From NCBI GenBank assembly GCA_010093605.1, contig MU004194.1, positions 1,650,323 to 1,714,322 of the forward strand: 64,000 nucleotides of DNA. The letters are read 5' to 3'. Positions 25,939 to 38,897 of this stretch are shown here, one piece after another. The position numbers and the translations under genes were made by a program. Each line of letters begins with the position of its first letter. The stretch's first letter is position 1. Source of the DNA: Lophium mytilinum. Its lineage: Eukaryota. The notes beneath the pieces were generated by a model. The model was not told the DNA's origin and ran no database searches. It was given only the letters and a program-made list of their open reading frames with translations.

Positions 25939-26874
25939 GAAGGGACCTTAAGGTCGTGACGACATGGGCTACGCCGCGTCTATGTAAAATAACTTTCTTG
26001 TAGTTGGATACCGCAGTTACTGCCCTAGGGGCAAAAGGGGCGTCTTTGAGTTGGCTCTGGGTGTGCCACGCCGCGTATATCGAAGATTCTTTTAAATAGC
26101 TCAATCGTTCATTATCAATTATAAAAGTGGGGAGTAAGTTAGAGAGACTACCAACGTCTTTATAAGGTCTACAAAGATGGTAATCGTTTCTAACAAGCAT
26201 GCCTCACCTCCCTAAGCCGATAACAACTTGATACCCATCATAGATCGCATTAAACCATCTCCGTCAGCTCCACTTGTTGTCGCTGCTCATCATCAAGCCT
26301 CACGAAGCCCCCTCCCGCCCACTCTGATCCCATTCATCTTCATCTTTCATCGTTCTGTTTGCACTCCTTCCCATGATGCTCTGGGTTTCAAGCTTTTGAA
26401 GCCCTTCCACCAGACCACCCCTCCACAAGACCATTAGAAATCTGCTCTTGAGACTTTGGGGTCGAGGGCGAGGTTTGATAGTTGGTGTAACTGGGAGATG
26501 GTGGAGACACGTGAGAGACAGGTGAAAAACACATGAATTTTGCACGAAAATTTCTGGGAGAGCGAGGAAGGGAGTCCTGGGCCTTCGATTCACCCTAGTA
26601 GATGAAGAAGAGACTCGGAATAATTTTGAAAGAAGCTAATTTCCTTCAATGAGACCAGTGACACTCAAGGATCTCGAGATGCTATTGCCGGCCTGGTGTT
26701 TATAGCATATGAAATGCCATGAAATGAAAAAGAGCAATTTGTATAGATGTGGGCTATCTATATGCGTATTGCCACGAGAACTGCCTCAAGCCAAAAGTCC
26801 TCTCCCAGTTTTTCCTAATCCACTACAGTGAGTGCACTATAAGCTAGTACCAACTTTTACATTAGATGTACCAT

Positions 26875-27772
26875 CTACTTACGGTTGAGCTCGGCAAGAC
26901 CAGACTCTCCGTTCACGAAAGATACGGAGAGTGCGTAGGACAGGAAGGTGTTGAGGGCCCAACTGAGCGTAGAGGCCTCCCCTCGCCGGACCAAGCCAGC
27001 GCGGCCGCTGAGAACGTCGTTGACCAGGTTCTTTGCTGCCACATCCACATTTTGCTTCTTTGTGTGCACCAATCCCTTCCTGTGGCGGTTTATGATGGCG
27101 GCGATCTTCTGGTAATATGAGTCTGCTGGCAGTTCGAGGTCGTTTCTATTGTTGGGATCGTTTCCGGTTGTTTCGACGGCTCCGAGTATGACGGTGACGA
27201 CTCGCACACCGAGGGGCGCCATCTCAAGGCGCAAAGTTTCGGAGAGCCGTGTCATGGCGGCCTTGGAGCTGCCGTATGTGCCTATATCAGAGTAAGCCTG
27301 TGATCTTGCAAGTTCATAGAGCAAGTCACCACTGACCCTGCCAGGCGAAGACCAATTCGCAAGAAACCGAACTGATGTTGCAGAGAGTTCCTTTGGCTTT
27401 GATAAGCATCGGCGCAAACGCCTGCGTCATTGCAAGTACAGCCCACACATTGTTGTCGTACATCTTCTTGGCGTCATCGATCGACGTGTCTAAAAGCGGC
27501 ATGGTGGTGGAGATGGCAGCGTTATTGACCAAAACGTCGAGTGATCCTCCCGTGAGCTTCTCCACGGCTCCCGCGCATTGACGAATGGACTCATCCGACG
27601 TGACTTCGAGTTCGAGGATCTCGAGGCCCTGGAGTTCGTCCAAAGATCCGGCTTTGCCCCTGTTGCGTAGTGTTGCGAAGACCTTAAAGCCTCGGGCGTG
27701 ATACGCCTTTGCCATTGCGGCTCCAAGTCCGCCCTTGCTGCATCCTGTGATCAAAACTGTCTTCTCTGGCAT
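26875..27772 (-). CDS. Short-chain dehydrogenase/reductase, Ayr1-like subfamily
   Basis: TVLITGCSKGGLG cofactor motif, LVNNAA, and YGSSK (YxxxK) after intron 27336-27282. Confidence 0.9.
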
Positions 27773-28302
27773 CCTGACTGTTGGCGATTGAAGGATAGAT
27801 GGATAAGCGGATAGTATGAAGACTCGATAGCATGAGAAATGGAATGTGTGAGTGGAAACGGCATCGGAGCGGAAGATATAGAACAGGCAAGACTCCTAGT
27901 ATACACACGTTGGCTTGGAAAGGTCAATCAGACCTATTAGTGAACAAACGGACTCCAAGAAACCAAAGCCGGCGGCATTGCTCGGAGGGAAGTGTGGGTA
28001 GAAGCATGTCGGGAACTATTCTATTCTGGGTATCTAGAATCTCTGGGTCAAGAGTAGGGGGACTGGGGATGAATGCATGTTCGAATAAACGAAACGGATT
28101 TCGGTCTCGAAACCCGGCACTTAGCCGCTTATGTCCTAGGCTGTACAGTACCTCCAATCACGCTACATACCCGTACGGCTTAGAACGGAGGTAATTCCGT
28201 CGGAGCTTCTTTGTCCCTCAAGCTCGTTATATCTATCTATCAATGATTCCTGCGGATTTCGGCCGTTCTAGCATCATCTATTCTTGATCTTGTCCTTCCG
28301 CC
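27773..28302. promoter_or_regulatory. Divergent SDR/TF promoter rich in CGG half-sites
   Basis: CGGATTTCGG occurs at 28095-28104 and 28253-28262; inverted ACGGA-N6-TCCGT at 28185-28200; many further CGG triplets. Confidence 0.45.
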
Positions 28303-30459
28303 ATGGAGAGAGCTAGACCGGCCCCTGTCCATTCCAGTACGTATGGCCAAGCTTGTATGCAATGCTACAAGGCAAAGTGCCGATGCGTACCTAGTTCAAA
28401 GGGTGATAGTTGCGAAAGGTTGATATGCTTCGTGTCTGTTGATGGAACACACCTGACTAATAGCCTCGTAGATGTCATCGTCTGAGAAAAGAGTGTCTTC
28501 CATCCGGCTCAATTCGCCGTCGCAATGCTCATGGAGCCGAAGAGTCTGATACGCGCATTGCCCAGTTGGAGGGGAAGATAGAAATCCTGCTATCTACAAT
28601 GCAATCCATCGTCAGCTCTTCTGGATCATCACCTGAAACTCTTCAGCTCCTTCATGAGCAAAGAATCCCTTCGTCTACGTCCGGCCCCAACGACACCCCA
28701 GCGAGCTCCATTGGCACCAATCCAAGCATTAGTGGAATACCGACGCCTGCAACGGGCCCGTCTCCCTTGATACCGTCTCCATTGACGCCGTCTCCCTTGA
28801 TGCTGGCTCCTACAGATCCGCTCTCTCCATCCCGATACGCTTCATCTCCGTCTGAGCCATCACCACGTCAAGCAGAAGAGTGCCTCAATTTCTTCCGATC
28901 TCGGATGCTGCCGTACTTCCCTTTCATCATCCTTACCCCGGACTTAGTGGCCTGGCAACTACGTCAAACCAGACCGTTCTTATTTCAAGCTATCCTCGCC
29001 GTTACTGCCTTCTCCGCACAGATAAGGTTAGCTCGAGTTGAGGAGTTGAAGCGCATCCTGTTCACGTCTGCTCTTCTCAAAGTCCAATCAAGTATCGACC
29101 TCCTGCTTGGACTACTGACGTATCTAGCATGGAGTACCGACGCTTTTCTAGGCAGAGCAGACCTCATATCTCGCCTCATGATACTCGCCATTTCACTAGT
29201 ATATGATCTGCGGCTGTTCAAGCCTCTCCGGCCAGAAACGATGCTGATGATGACGATAACCCAGGGGCAGAACTACGGAAGTGACCAGAACCCCAATGAT
29301 GAAACAGTACAAGGCTTCATGGAAAAGCAACGAGCAGTCTTGGCGTGTTTTGTGTTGAGCTCCAAGTACGCGTAGCCACCTCATGAACTCCTAAGGGTAA
29401 AATTTCTGACATGTATGACTTCTTACTAGTATTTCATCTCACCTTGGGCGCATCGACGCCCTTCGATGGACGCCCCAGATGGAAGATGCGCTTCGCATCA
29501 TTGAAGCGAGCAAGGCATGCCTAACCGACGAGGCTTTTACATTCCAAGTGCGCCTGCAGCTGCTGAAGCAAAGAGCAGCTCACATCCGAGAACAGCAGGA
29601 GATAGACGGTGCTCGTACAGCAACAGCTTCAGTGACCACCTCGGTGCCCGGCTTGTTATACATCAAAACACTAAGAGAACAGCTGCATGGACTGATGTCT
29701 TCGTTTCCTCCAGATCTCCTTCAAAGAGGCGAGTAATCACTCGCTCAGAACAGGTGGACTATATCCGTATGTGATTGCTGACACCTAGGCATGAGCGATT
29801 GCTAGCATACAGGCGCGTTCATTACACATGCACATTACGTCGACCTATACATAAATCACATCGCGTATTCGATAAGCTGGGACTCGCCGCCTATTAATTT
29901 GTCGGGATCTGGAAGTGACGGCGGGAACTTGCCTGGATTCGAACGCCTTAAGTGCTTGTGGGGGTCTGTCGAAAGCATCAAATCGTGGCTAGACAGTTTC
30001 TACAACATCTCCCCATCGGACCTCGTCGGTCTTCCCTTTCATTTCTGGTCGCAGATGATTCTGTGTGTCACGGTCTTAAAGTACCTATCGGTGCTCGAAG
30101 ACCCGGCTTGGGACTGCCAGGAGGTGCGGAACACGGTCGACCTGATTGCGACAATGGACTGCATGATCGAGAAGCTCGACCGGGTTTGCATAGAGTCGAG
30201 TCTCCAGTGCGATGACAGCCTATTTGGCCTATTATCCAAGCTTTTGGCCAAGTGTCGCGTGTGGGCCGGTGCCCGTTTGAACAAGGCTTCTCTAATACAA
30301 GATGCGGAGGGCTTACCATGCCAGAGTGCGGCTTCCGGTGAAACTAGTCATATCAACTCTATCCCAGATCTAGATCAGATGATTTGGATGCAGTCGATTG
30401 ATTTGGAAAATGATCAGTGGCTTCAGGAAGCGCTGGGCTTTCCTGGACCGATTTCCTAA
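28303..30459 (+). CDS. Zn(II)2Cys6 transcription factor, divergent from the SDR
   Basis: ACMQCYKAKCRC..GDSCER|CHRLRKEC; introns 28419-28471, 29366-29429 and a predicted GC-AG intron 29729-29812. Confidence 0.85.
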
Positions 30460-32775
30460 ATACATTAGCCCAACACACAATTGAATATGGCTATCAGCCT
30501 TACGGAAACAGCTTTCTATCTGTCATAACCGCGGCCCGAACCGCAAAGTAATTGTTATAAATTAGAAGGTCGATAATCTAGATTGCATCAAACCTATCTT
30601 TCAACGCAAGATACGTGCGGGCTACCACAATAATATCGATGGATTGAGGTAGAGTAAGAACACTGATCGTACTTTGAATCCGGTGGTGGATTCCTGACTG
30701 GTTACTGCGCCCTCAAATCCTTGGTGCAAATATAATAACCAGCTTCAGTCCCTCGGACCTGCCTCTCAGCTCTCCTGCTATCTTTTCCAACACCGAAAAC
30801 GCTTTCCGGAGTGCTGCGAACATGTCTCTTTTAAATTCTGCTCAAGGAAGTTCTGCTATGATGGAAACGATTAACGAATGTCATGCCAATAGTAACATGA
30901 CTCGCACTCAAACAGCCAGTGGGGATTCAAAGCGCAGCCTCCAAGCCTATAAAGGGGCAAATATCATTCCAGAACAGCTCTTAGAGGGCCCATTGGGGGT
31001 TTCAAACACAGCCAACGTGACAATATCATGGTGCGTGTGTCAAAAAGTATCTCGAGCCTAGTCATGAGTAGTGGAGGTGTTGTGTGGTTGAAAGCGAAAG
31101 GATCTGGCAAACCATGTTTGCGAGTTGGAGGTTGGAAGCGTAACAGCCATCATCAGCGTTAGATCCAGGTGCTCACCGTCACCTGCTCGCTTTCGTGCAC
31201 TCGCTCATCTATCTACGGTGCTTCTCAATACCTGTACTGTACGTTCAAGATCAACTTTGGGCAAAATCGAAGCATATCACCATTGATATCCCTAGTCCAC
31301 CCTCCCAGCCATTCCTCAGTATCTTCTTCTTTTTTGATCACCGATCATCCTTCCTCTCTGCCGCGACCATTTGTAGGTGTCTGTTGTTTTTTGCCTCGCA
31401 ACGATCCGAAAATATGACCATGCATTTGCTTTCTCAATAGAGTTGATCGAACACACTATAGCATCGAGCCTGTGAATGCAAGATCAGGTCCTCTATGAGT
31501 CCCTTTCTCCTTGATTGCTGAGCCCAATAGCCTACTCCTCTCCTCCTTGCTCTTCCACCCATCTGCTCATGGAGATGTTTATATACCGGCCGTTGAATAA
31601 CGATCTGGGCTTGCACATGAGCCGGGCGGAAATCCCGTGACAGAACTCTTCAGCTAGCAGATGAGTTGGGCCAGGGCGGACCAGAAGAGCTGAGGTCACA
31701 AGCCTAGCACGTGCTACTAGTCCGTAGAGCGGTATATATCTTCCATCGATCCGTTGAATCTCAGTCCTAGTCACGGAGAGGTTTGAGTTGTGGGAGTACA
31801 TTGCTTCAAAAAGCGGCGTGAAACCAGGGGATTACCTTGAGATTGAAAGAAAGAAAGATCTCGAAATATGGGGTTCGGAATTCGGACTGGGATTCAAAGT
31901 TGGAAAGATTACCTTACATGGAGTAGGGTTGTGGGTCACATAGTGACTGACTTGTCGATGCTCATCATCATTGACGGTTCTGAAGGATATCCACGGAGAA
32001 ACGTTGCAGAATAGAAGCATTAGGAAGTGGTGGCTTGACTGAAGGATCAATAGGAGATCATGATGAGCATCATGAGTTTAGTTCAGCAATGCCCCAGCGC
32101 CCATATGAGTTCAAAATCCCTTGTCTTTTGATATGCAGTAACCCAACAGAGAAGGCATCCACTCTATGCAGCGGTGTCAGGTCTATGGTTGATCTCAACA
32201 GTGTAGGCATCCACTTTACACAGCGGTGTCAGTCCAGTTTCCGATCCCCCCAACTCATCTCCTCTTTGACTCCTCGTTGCCTTCTTTGACTCTTCCTTGC
32301 AGCTTCGACGAGAACGGAGCCGGTGAAGTTTTTATAGTTGAGAGAAAGAGGGATGGCGGGAGTGGCACGTGATTTACGGAAAATCATTTGAGTTACCGCA
32401 TAAGAAGGCGGCGCCAGTTAGGAAACTGAGACGTGGATTTTGATGTGCGCATAAGAACAAGTAATTCATACTGTAACTTCTCAAAGAAATCCGTGCATTC
32501 GTTTACCGCCGCATGAGGGGCTTTAGAGTATTTTCAGCACTCTGAACAAAAGACCAGTTCGGCCTGTTGGGCTGCTAGCAAACTCACGAGGCTACTCTAA
32601 ACAGTGGCAACATAGTGTGTTCTACGCGAATCGGAGGTTTTTGAGCAGCAACCGGTGCCTAATAGTACGTGGAAGCCCTACAAGCAGTGATAGGGAAGTG
32701 TACGGATAGCTATGGCAAGTCACTGTGTCTTGAAACACCATGTTTTACAGTTATTTACACACCAGTTCACCCATA

Positions 32776-34078
32776 CTAAAGGCCAACCTCTTTCAATCTT
32801 ACCAGAGCAGGAATTTTCTCCGGCTCGGGGGCGGTGGAGTACTTGCGAACCACCTCAGCGGATCCTTTCAACCTCTCCTCGATCATCCCTATGAGTGTCT
32901 TTGCCATTTCTAGATCCGGCATGTCTTGACCCAAGATAGCGGATGATTTCTGTAAAGCATACCATACAGGGATCCACTGAACGATCTTGTGGCTGATAAC
33001 ATAGCGACGCTCCCTTCTTGAAGCCTTGTTTTTAGGAAGTTTGCTGTACTCTTCATCATTTGGGAGCTCTCTCGCCAACAAGCCGGGGCGTACTTTCTAT
33101 AACCAGAAAATTAGCTCATAATGCCGTAGGACGTCAATGCTTTATCATACCGGAGAGAACCCTTCCTGCTTGAAGGACGCCATTAATCGATTAGCGTACT
33201 TGGCGACCTTGCCATCTTCATCCTTTCCGTCAAGATGGAGTGCCACTCGCGCTGCCGCTAATTCTAACGGGACCGCAATGACCAAGGGACTTGCTCGCGG
33301 GTCTCCAAACTCTATTCTACCCTTGGCTTTGTGAGCAGGTTGTTCCAGCAACTCGGTGACCTGCTCGGCGAGCGAGAGGGCCTTCTTCGTGGTTGCAGCG
33401 TCGAAGCCCGAAGACGACGCTTTCTCGTGTATGCCCGCCAGTACACTCTCCAAGATGGCGGGCCTCCGGAGCGAAACACCTGTATGCTCGGCCTGCTGCA
33501 GAGCTGAGAGCACAATATGCTGCATGCCCGCCTCGTTGGCACGCCGTATTATTTTCAGCATCCGACTCGTCCTGACATCTATCCCAGCTCTGTGGAAACC
33601 CTCCAGCATCTTCACTAAGTTTTCCCAGTCGTCTTGCTCCTTGGAGAGCTCCACAGCCTCCTTGATCATCTCCCATTGGTTTGGCACATCTTTCCTGACA
33701 TCAAGGGGCTCAAGTTGCTGATCAACGGACCCGATTTGTGCGAAGAGAGGTTCGTTCGTGAGCCGTGGGATGTTCTTCTTCTTGTAGACTAGTAGCCGTT
33801 GTTCATGGTTCAGATGTTGCGGAAATAGAATCTTAGAGTTGATCTTAGTGAGAACGGCGTCGAGTTCGGGCGAGGAGCTTTCGTAGTACTCCGGTAGAGC
33901 ATCTAAATAAACATGCGTTAGTAAGAAGATGGTAAGTGAAGGAATCTAAGGGCTTCTTCAACTCACCCTTTTGCTGCGGCGCAACGCGGGAGAAAGCCCG
34001 TCGGGTGGCATTGGCGCGTCCAGTGGTAGTGGTACTGCTGCGGATGACGGATTGACAGCAGCGCCGGGATGTATTCAT
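32776..34078 (-). CDS. Hypothetical protein with predicted mitochondrial presequence
   Basis: R/S/T-rich N-terminus MNTSRRCCQSVIRSS..RRAFSR. Introns 33966-33903 and 33150-33097 give one continuous frame. Confidence 0.8.
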
Positions 34079-34398
34079 CTTGCGCGGCTTGGGGGAGATG
34101 TGATAGGGTTGTGATAGAATTGATGAAGGACTGGAAATCTTTCGAAGTGCAAACAGGGCAAATGTCTTGGCGCTTGCGGAACCCTTGGACACCTCCGAGA
34201 TCTATCATCAACACCACTCTCCAATAGAAGACAATTACACATCACCTTAAATCATATTCACTAACGTTCCTCTTGGGCAGTACCGCTTATGCGATTGGTA
34301 GAGCTAGCAATCAAAGGTTAGACTCATGTCACCCGTTTAACCCGCTACAGACATCCACCCCAATCAGAGCATCTCCCACTGAGAGAGCGAGTAGCGAG

Positions 34399-35505
34399 CT
34401 AGCAATGTTTGATTTGAAGAGTTTCCAACGGCCATTCCAGCACCTGAGTCCAATCACCGTCTAACTTCTCCTTCGCAACCATTGCTGTCCGACGCAGCCA
34501 CACTTCCATGAACCATCGCCGAGGGCCAAGATACATAATGGCACACCAGTATATCAACAGCAACAAGGGGACATCTTCCTCCTGCCGTATGGCGTTCAGA
34601 AACTCCGTTTGGACGGTCGCTGGCCAGTCGATGTAATGACTCCACACGCTTGGATAGCCACGACACTCAAGGATCCAGGTCTTCAAGTCTTCAAAAGCCT
34701 CGAAAGTTGCCTCTCTTCGATCTTCAGAACCAGGTCGATAGCCGCTGACTATACCTGCAAGACTGTCGATGGCATGCTGCATACCAATGTTGTCGGATTG
34801 GTATTTGAGCTCCAACAAAGCGCGATCTCGGACGAATGGCCACATTTCGCTTTTGAAAAGATATGCCGAGACCGATCTAGCAACATTTCTAGATATGCGT
34901 AGCACTTGCAGCATTTCTACGTAGTCGAAAAGACGATCGGGACAGTACTGCTGACTCGCAAATCGGAAGATGATGACCGAAATCCCGAAAATGAAGACTG
35001 CAAACCAGTTCTGCTGGTTGACCACGGGGGCCATGTGGGTGAACGCGTTGGATGCCAGGATATGGTGGTGTTGGGCGAGGGTTGTGGCCTTAGAGAAGGC
35101 GTCTTTCGAGAGTCGAGGTCCGACGTGTAAGGTGTGTATGGAGATGATGGTATGTTGCAGATACTGGCAATCGGCTAAGGCTTGCCCAAGATTTGCGCAC
35201 CATAGTGCTCTCTCGGAGCTAGAAGCAGGCACACAACCGACTACGACATTGCTCAAAAACGATACGCTGATAAACGAGGATATATCGCCTAATTGGGCCG
35301 CGGGTAGTGCAAACACAGCAATGGCTGACGGATTCGGAGGGGGCATCTCATATTCGCACTCTTCGTTCCGTCGATGGCAATTTGCACAAACCGGAGCCTG
35401 CTTGTTGCATTTCACACGCCGAGTCTTGCATCGTTTGCAACCCTTGTGAGATTTGTGGTGGAAGTTCCGCGAGCCTTGTGGCATGATGTGGGTAGCTGCT
35501 AGCAT
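34399..35505 (-). CDS. Zn(II)2Cys6 transcription factor, Upc2/sterol-uptake-like type, intronless
   Basis: HHKSHKGCKRCKTRRVKCNKQAPVCANCHRRNEECEY; C-terminal IDWPATV..PLLLLIYW..LEWP. Confidence 0.85.
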   Translation of the reverse strand: MLAATHIMPQGSRNFHHKSHKGCKRCKTRRVKCNKQAPVCANCHRRNEECEYEMPPPNPSAIAVFALPAAQLGDISSFISVSFLSNVVVGCVPASSSERALWCANLGQALADCQYLQHTIISIHTLHVGPRLSKDAFSKATTLAQHHHILASNAFTHMAPVVNQQNWFAVFIFGISVIIFRFASQQYCPDRLFDYVEMLQVLRISRNVARSVSAYLFKSEMWPFVRDRALLELKYQSDNIGMQHAIDSLAGIVSGYRPGSEDRREATFEAFEDLKTWILECRGYPSVWSHYIDWPATVQTEFLNAIRQEEDVPLLLLIYWCAIMYLGPRRWFMEVWLRRTAMVAKEKLDGDWTQVLEWPLETLQIKHC

Positions 35506-36137
35506 ACGAGCTGGACGTTACTGGGCTAACATTTCGACTCCTCTCGCTCTTTTCTCACTCCTGTTTAGAGGATGTTGTTGGTGGGAAGATGCGCTAATAT
35601 ATGGTCGGTTCTGCACAGCCACTCATGCAGCATGTTGCTAGTGTACGAGCATCCCTGCGAAGATCGCGGGCCAGGTATGGAGTAACGTGTCACCTGTCGA
35701 GCTTTCTTCTCAAGGACCAGACCCTGCAGACCCGTGACAACTAAGACGTCAACTATGCATTTATGTGTTGGCTGCGTAGAGACTCTTTCAGAACCAAGTT
35801 GGACTGATAAATGTAGCTATGTGGAGAGGTGTGGTCTAGTATCGCGAGTAAAGCCACAGTGTCAACGTTTGTGCGTTACAGGAGACGGATACATTAGTAG
35901 ACTAGACAAATAATTCTCCTTGAAGGTGTAAGCATGCACAGAATACCTGCGCCATTGTTAGAGACAACCCCAGGTGGTGTTAAAGTAGGACCTCGTAAAA
36001 TCTTGCGCTCCCTAGCCTCCGCGAACGCAGCAACTGGAGCCGAGAAGGAGTGCCAACTTTCTTGGAGCCGACGACGTCTCAGAGCCTGAACACCAACACC
36101 ATCCCATCCATGCTACTCTCCAACGAGATCCTACGAT

Positions 36138-36923
36138 ATGGATATAGTAAGGGCCTCAGAAAACTCTCCTCCGTCACTGCTCCTCTCACTCCCTGCTGAG
36201 CTACGCCTCTGCATCTACGAATTCGTCTTCATTCCCACGCACTATGCAGGCCCAAAGCTACCCGACCCTTCCGACAAAGCCTCTCTGCGGCTTTCACTAC
36301 TTCTCACATGCCGTCAAATCAAAGAGGAAGCACGGCTAATTGCCTACTCGCGAACGTCCTTTCATATTCCCAACTTAATCGAGCCTCTCTTGGATCGCAT
36401 CTTTCTCCTCCGCGAACCGCTTCGAAATAGGCTACGATATGTTACGATCACCCTCAACCTTTCGATTGCACCCAAGATTCTGAGTTTCATGGACCCTTGG
36501 CTCATGGAGTTGCCGCTCAAGCAGCTTACGATCAGTATCAGCAAACTCCGGGCACTGCCACAGGAGAGCGCTATCATCAGTAGCACTGTCGAGCCCGAAT
36601 CTATCGAAGACGCTAGAGCGTACTCGTATATCCCCGCGAGTTCTCTCAGATTCGAAATTCAGATGAAGAACTTCAAGCGGGCCATTTGTCGCGGGCTCAC
36701 GGAACCATCTAACGTCAAGCAAATCACGCTTCTGCACGACGGGTGCTGCTGTGGAGCAAAGTTTATTCGTTTCCATTCGATGCTTTGTCTCCTTACGGAA
36801 AGCGAAGACAAGTTTGCTAAGAGGTGGGACGTGTCGCTTGATGAAGCAAGACATGCTATTGATATTGTGGCGGCTTCTGCGATGCACAGCGTAGGTGCGA
36901 GTTCAGCTCATGCTTCTTTTTAA
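36138..36923 (+). CDS. Small F-box-like/2EXR-type hypothetical protein
   Basis: SLLLSLPAELRLCIYEFVF and LLLTCRQIKEEA motifs; 261-aa ORF. Confidence 0.7.
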   Translation: MDIVRASENSPPSLLLSLPAELRLCIYEFVFIPTHYAGPKLPDPSDKASLRLSLLLTCRQIKEEARLIAYSRTSFHIPNLIEPLLDRIFLLREPLRNRLRYVTITLNLSIAPKILSFMDPWLMELPLKQLTISISKLRALPQESAIISSTVEPESIEDARAYSYIPASSLRFEIQMKNFKRAICRGLTEPSNVKQITLLHDGCCCGAKFIRFHSMLCLLTESEDKFAKRWDVSLDEARHAIDIVAASAMHSVGASSAHASF

Positions 36924-37153
36924 GAGGTTGCTGATATTGATTGTCAATTGTGTTCTACCTGATTGGTTGCTTTGGCAAAGAATCTTCCTTTGGGGCAGCT
37001 TATTTGGTATCAAGTTAGGGTAAAGGGTAAGGAGAGACATCGCGCGATAAGACAAACAAACTTAGCAATGCTAAATACTAAAGCACATCCTTCCTGTCTA
37101 TCGCCGCTTCTTTACATCTGTATTCATCATCATTGAACCCCTCCTGCGTCCCC

Positions 37154-38303
37154 ATGAGTTTTCTATGGCTGGCTCTCTTCTTGAGCCCTGTCATAGCGAT
37201 CGTAGTAAGCCTCACCATTGATCTCATCACCGAGTAAGCATTTGAATTGACTTGAATATTAAATCCACTTTTGGCCTGCTAATCGTATCGTAGTGTACTC
37301 TGGAAAGAAATCGTTAGGACTTTGCCGGAGCGTATAGACTTCGCAATTCTTAAAATGCCCGGCATCTGGATTCCCGATGACATGGTCGATTTTCGCGAAT
37401 ACGAAGCAACGGCCTACTCACCCCTTTTCCGACTCCCGCGAGAGCTGCGAGACATGATATACGCTCACGTATTGACTGTCCGGCGGCGTCTACACTACAA
37501 CGAATTCAAAAACCAGATGAGCATTCATCACATCAACTACGTCCCCCTTGACCTCTCCATCAACTCTGTATGCCGTGCCCTCCGAGACGAGACCCAAGAT
37601 CTCGCTCTCAAGCTCAATTGTCTCAGTACGTAAACTTTAGACGTTGTATATATACAATGGCATTTCACGTGTGTTAATTTCATCTGATTTGCTTGCTTTA
37701 GGTTTTGGCGCCTATTTCTTCGACAGAGGTCTGGCGAGCTCAATGTCCCGCTTCTGCCTCTTTATGAAACGCCTCTCTCCTTCGCAACGCACTATGGTGC
37801 GTAGAGTAAAAGTATGTGATGTCATGTCTTTTCGCCACACAGACTTCCACGAGCTATCTCGTGGTTTCAACGGGGCTTACGGCGTTCCCGGGATCTTGGA
37901 AACTTGTCACGAATTGGCCGACATCCGCGTCAACATCATCGTTGCGCTGTCTGACTATGCATATACTGGCGACGGTGACGATGGCGAACACCTAGGCGGC
38001 TTCCGCAACTTTGCAAAAAACGTTATCACTCTTCGTAATCGTGGCCTTCTAGGGGATTACGAATGCAACAACAAAGTCGTTGTGGGGAACGAGTGCGTCA
38101 ATTTAGTCTTCGATGAGCCGTCTGAGCTCGATCGGTTGGAATACGCTGAAAAGGTCGAGAACGAAGAAGAGGGCTGCCCAAATTATAAGTGGTGGTCAGA
38201 GAACAAGCCTCTCATTGGGTTGATGAACGGGAAGAGGTGGAGCCCTAATAAGTATGGAGCATACGAGCGTTATGTCGAGGTCCTTCACTACGATCCCATC
38301 TGA
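37154..38303 (+). CDS. F-box-like/2EXR-type hypothetical protein with N-terminal hydrophobic segment
   Basis: MSFLWLALFLSPVIAIVVSLTIDL; introns 37234-37293 and 37626-37701 keep frame; SPLFRLPRELRDMIYAHVL and SVCRALRDET motifs. Confidence 0.65.
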
Positions 38304-38897
38304 GCGTAATGAGGTCATATCTAAGTCACCTCAGTCCCTTCGTCCTTCAAATCTTCCCATGTTTGTCTTTTGGTGGCCAGGCGTAAGTACTCCTGAATGT
38401 CACCCGTCGTTCTCATCACCTTGTCAATGGCTAGTCAGAGAGTGCTTGGCCAGGCCAACTGAGCTGGTTAAAAGAGGTAGCATGCTAGTCAGAATGTACG
38501 GGATGTTCTTCATTTGTGAATTCTAAAATGAATCCAAGCATTTGGAATAGACATGTTTAGCCTCCTTATACTACATAGCACCTTGTACCATCAGTACACA
38601 CGCGCATCACACGATACATGAGTGGTCTAAGAAGAGTATCCTCCAGGAAATGCGCCGTCTTGAGATCGCCTTGAATGCTTCACAACTCGATGTACGCACC
38701 CGCAGTCTATCCAGAAGAAGTAGCAGTGCAACGACCAAGAACATTTCCGAAGTTCTAGGCGGTAAAATTGGTATCTAGATCCGACTTTTCCTTCTACCTC
38801 AGCAGTAGTATCACGAGCAACCAAGCATTCTTCAAAAATCGACGTCTGACCCTTCCGTGGCAACCTTCGCTCATGAGCTGTCCTGGATCTTACAAAT

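Noticed and set aside
25940..26600. Possible gene relic interrupted by the TRIM
   Set aside because: Short fragmented ORFs with no recognisable family.
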